DNA of 47,449 nucleotides from the IMG/VR virus record IMGVR_UViG_2585427767_000006. One strand, given 5' to 3'. Of the stretch, positions 46,342 through 47,449 are shown in pieces. This DNA comes from a virus (lineage: Duplodnaviria; Heunggongvirae; Uroviricota; Caudoviricetes). A program made the translations under genes and the position numbers. Under the pieces are notes generated by a model. The model saw only the letters and a program-made list of their open reading frames with translations. It was not told the DNA's origin and did not search any database. The first letter of the stretch is position 1. Each line of letters opens with the position of its first letter.

Positions 46342-47449
46342 AACCGATGTTCCGGGATTATCTCCGTATTTTGACAAAAGAAATAACAAAGTTTACTGGC
46401 GTTACAGGCATCCCATAACAGGCAAAAATCACGGTCTCGGCAGTATTGACCAGAAACTGGCAGAAACTATTGCAGCAGAAGCGAACAGCCGTCTTGCCCG
46501 GCAGCAAATGGAACAAATGCTCAGTCTGCAGGAGAAAATTATTAGTGATACCGGCGGTTCATCAACCGTTACCATTTTTCTGAATAATTACAGAAAAATT
46601 CAACAGGAAAGATATGAAAACGGCGAGATCAAACTCAACACGCTGAAACAGAAAGCGGCCCCTCTCAGGGTATTTGATGAACGTTTTGGCACCAGACCGT
46701 TAGATGCCATAACCGTAAAAGATGTGGTATCAGTACTGGAAGAGTACAAGGCCAGAGGACATAACAGAATGGGACAAATTTTCAGGAAAGTACTGATCGA
46801 TGTTTTCCGGGAAGCTCAGCAAACGGGCGATGTCCCGCCAGGCTTTAACCCTGCAGAATCGGCAAAAAAACCGCAGGTGCGGATATCAAGACAGCGACTG
46901 ACTTTTGATGAGTGGATGATGATTTATAACGCAGCGGAAAAGGATGGTTACTTTTTACAGCGCGGTATGCTGCTGGCACTGATGACAGGCCAGCGCCTTT
47001 CAGATATTTGCAAAATGCAATTTTCGGATATCCGGGATGGTTATCTTCATGTCGAACAGCAAAAAACAGGAACCCGGATTGCCATCCCTCTGGCTCTGCG
47101 TTGCGATAAATTAAATCTCACCCTGGATGATGTGGTGTCATCCTGCCGCGATTGCGTTCTTAGTCCGTGGCTATTGCACCACCATCACGCGAAAGGGACA
47201 GCTAAGCGCGGCGGGATGGTTAAGCCAGCAACATTAACCGTTGCATTTAAAAAAGCCCGGGATTCTGTGGATTACAACTGGCGTGCTAATGGCACCCCTC
47301 CCTCTTTCCATGAGCAGAGATCTTTATCAGAGCGATTGTTCAGAGAGCAGGGGGTTGATACCAAAATTTTGCTAGGCCATTCGAATCAAAAAATGACCGA
47401 TATTTACAACGACGCACGCGGTAAGGAATGGAAAAAACTGGTCATTTGA
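46319..47449 (+). CDS. int: Tyrosine site-specific integrase
   Basis: 376-aa protein; C-terminal catalytic region with R...HxxR...Y (LLGHSNQKMTDIYNDARG); stop codon is the last triplet of the window. Confidence 0.9.
   Translation: MARPRKYKTDVPGLSPYFDKRNNKVYWRYRHPITGKNHGLGSIDQKLAETIAAEANSRLARQQMEQMLSLQEKIISDTGGSSTVTIFLNNYRKIQQERYENGEIKLNTLKQKAAPLRVFDERFGTRPLDAITVKDVVSVLEEYKARGHNRMGQIFRKVLIDVFREAQQTGDVPPGFNPAESAKKPQVRISRQRLTFDEWMMIYNAAEKDGYFLQRGMLLALMTGQRLSDICKMQFSDIRDGYLHVEQQKTGTRIAIPLALRCDKLNLTLDDVVSSCRDCVLSPWLLHHHHAKGTAKRGGMVKPATLTVAFKKARDSVDYNWRANGTPPSFHEQRSLSERLFREQGVDTKILLGHSNQKMTDIYNDARGKEWKKLVI

Larger units (their letters stand above)
1..47449. mobile_element. Lambdoid prophage, near-complete (tail-fibre end at left, xis-int at right; att sites outside window)
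   Basis: Continuous lambda-like gene order from int/xis through immunity, replication, nin, Q, lysis, cos, terminase, head and tail to stf; integrase ORF ends at the last base of the window. Confidence 0.9.

Noticed and set aside
1-47449. Insertion sequences or transposases
   Set aside because: No transposase-like ORF or terminal inverted repeats were seen; the only recombinase is the prophage tyrosine integrase.

Overview
The whole 47.4-kb window is one near-complete lambdoid (E. coli/Shigella-type) prophage, with almost all late genes on the minus strand. Left to right: a tail-fibre end with cargo (a SAM methyltransferase flanked by tfa-derived direct repeats; stf with two tightly coupled small genes), lom, J, an AT-rich lipoprotein moron between I and J, lambda-like tail and head genes (K, L, M, H, G/G-T frameshift, V, U, Z, FII, FI, E, D, C, B, W, A, Nu1), cos, ylcI/ybcV-like genes, an S21/R21-type lysis cassette with Rz/Rz1, nanS-p esterase, an AT-rich cargo segment exactly where Stx phages carry stxAB (no stx genes present), tRNA-Arg(UCU) and tRNA-Ile2(CAU), Q, rusA, DUF968, then a Dcm-like C5-methyltransferase overlapping a GHKL-ATPase/PD-(D/E)xK nuclease fusion gene, an O-like initiator with two internal iteron clusters, a Qin/DicA-type immunity region, DicF sRNA and DicB homologues separated by a Rha gene, a large DEDDh exonuclease, xis and int. 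The strongest candidate for a new system is the GHKL-nuclease plus methyltransferase pair in the nin region (restriction-modification-like); the stx-slot cargo is the second. No rRNA, CRISPR array, IS element or Shiga toxin gene was found. All homology statements come from recognising motifs and protein sequences by eye; no database search was run. CDS coordinates follow the ORF track (stop codon included); non-ORF coordinates are anchored to ORF boundaries but may be off by 1-2 nt.
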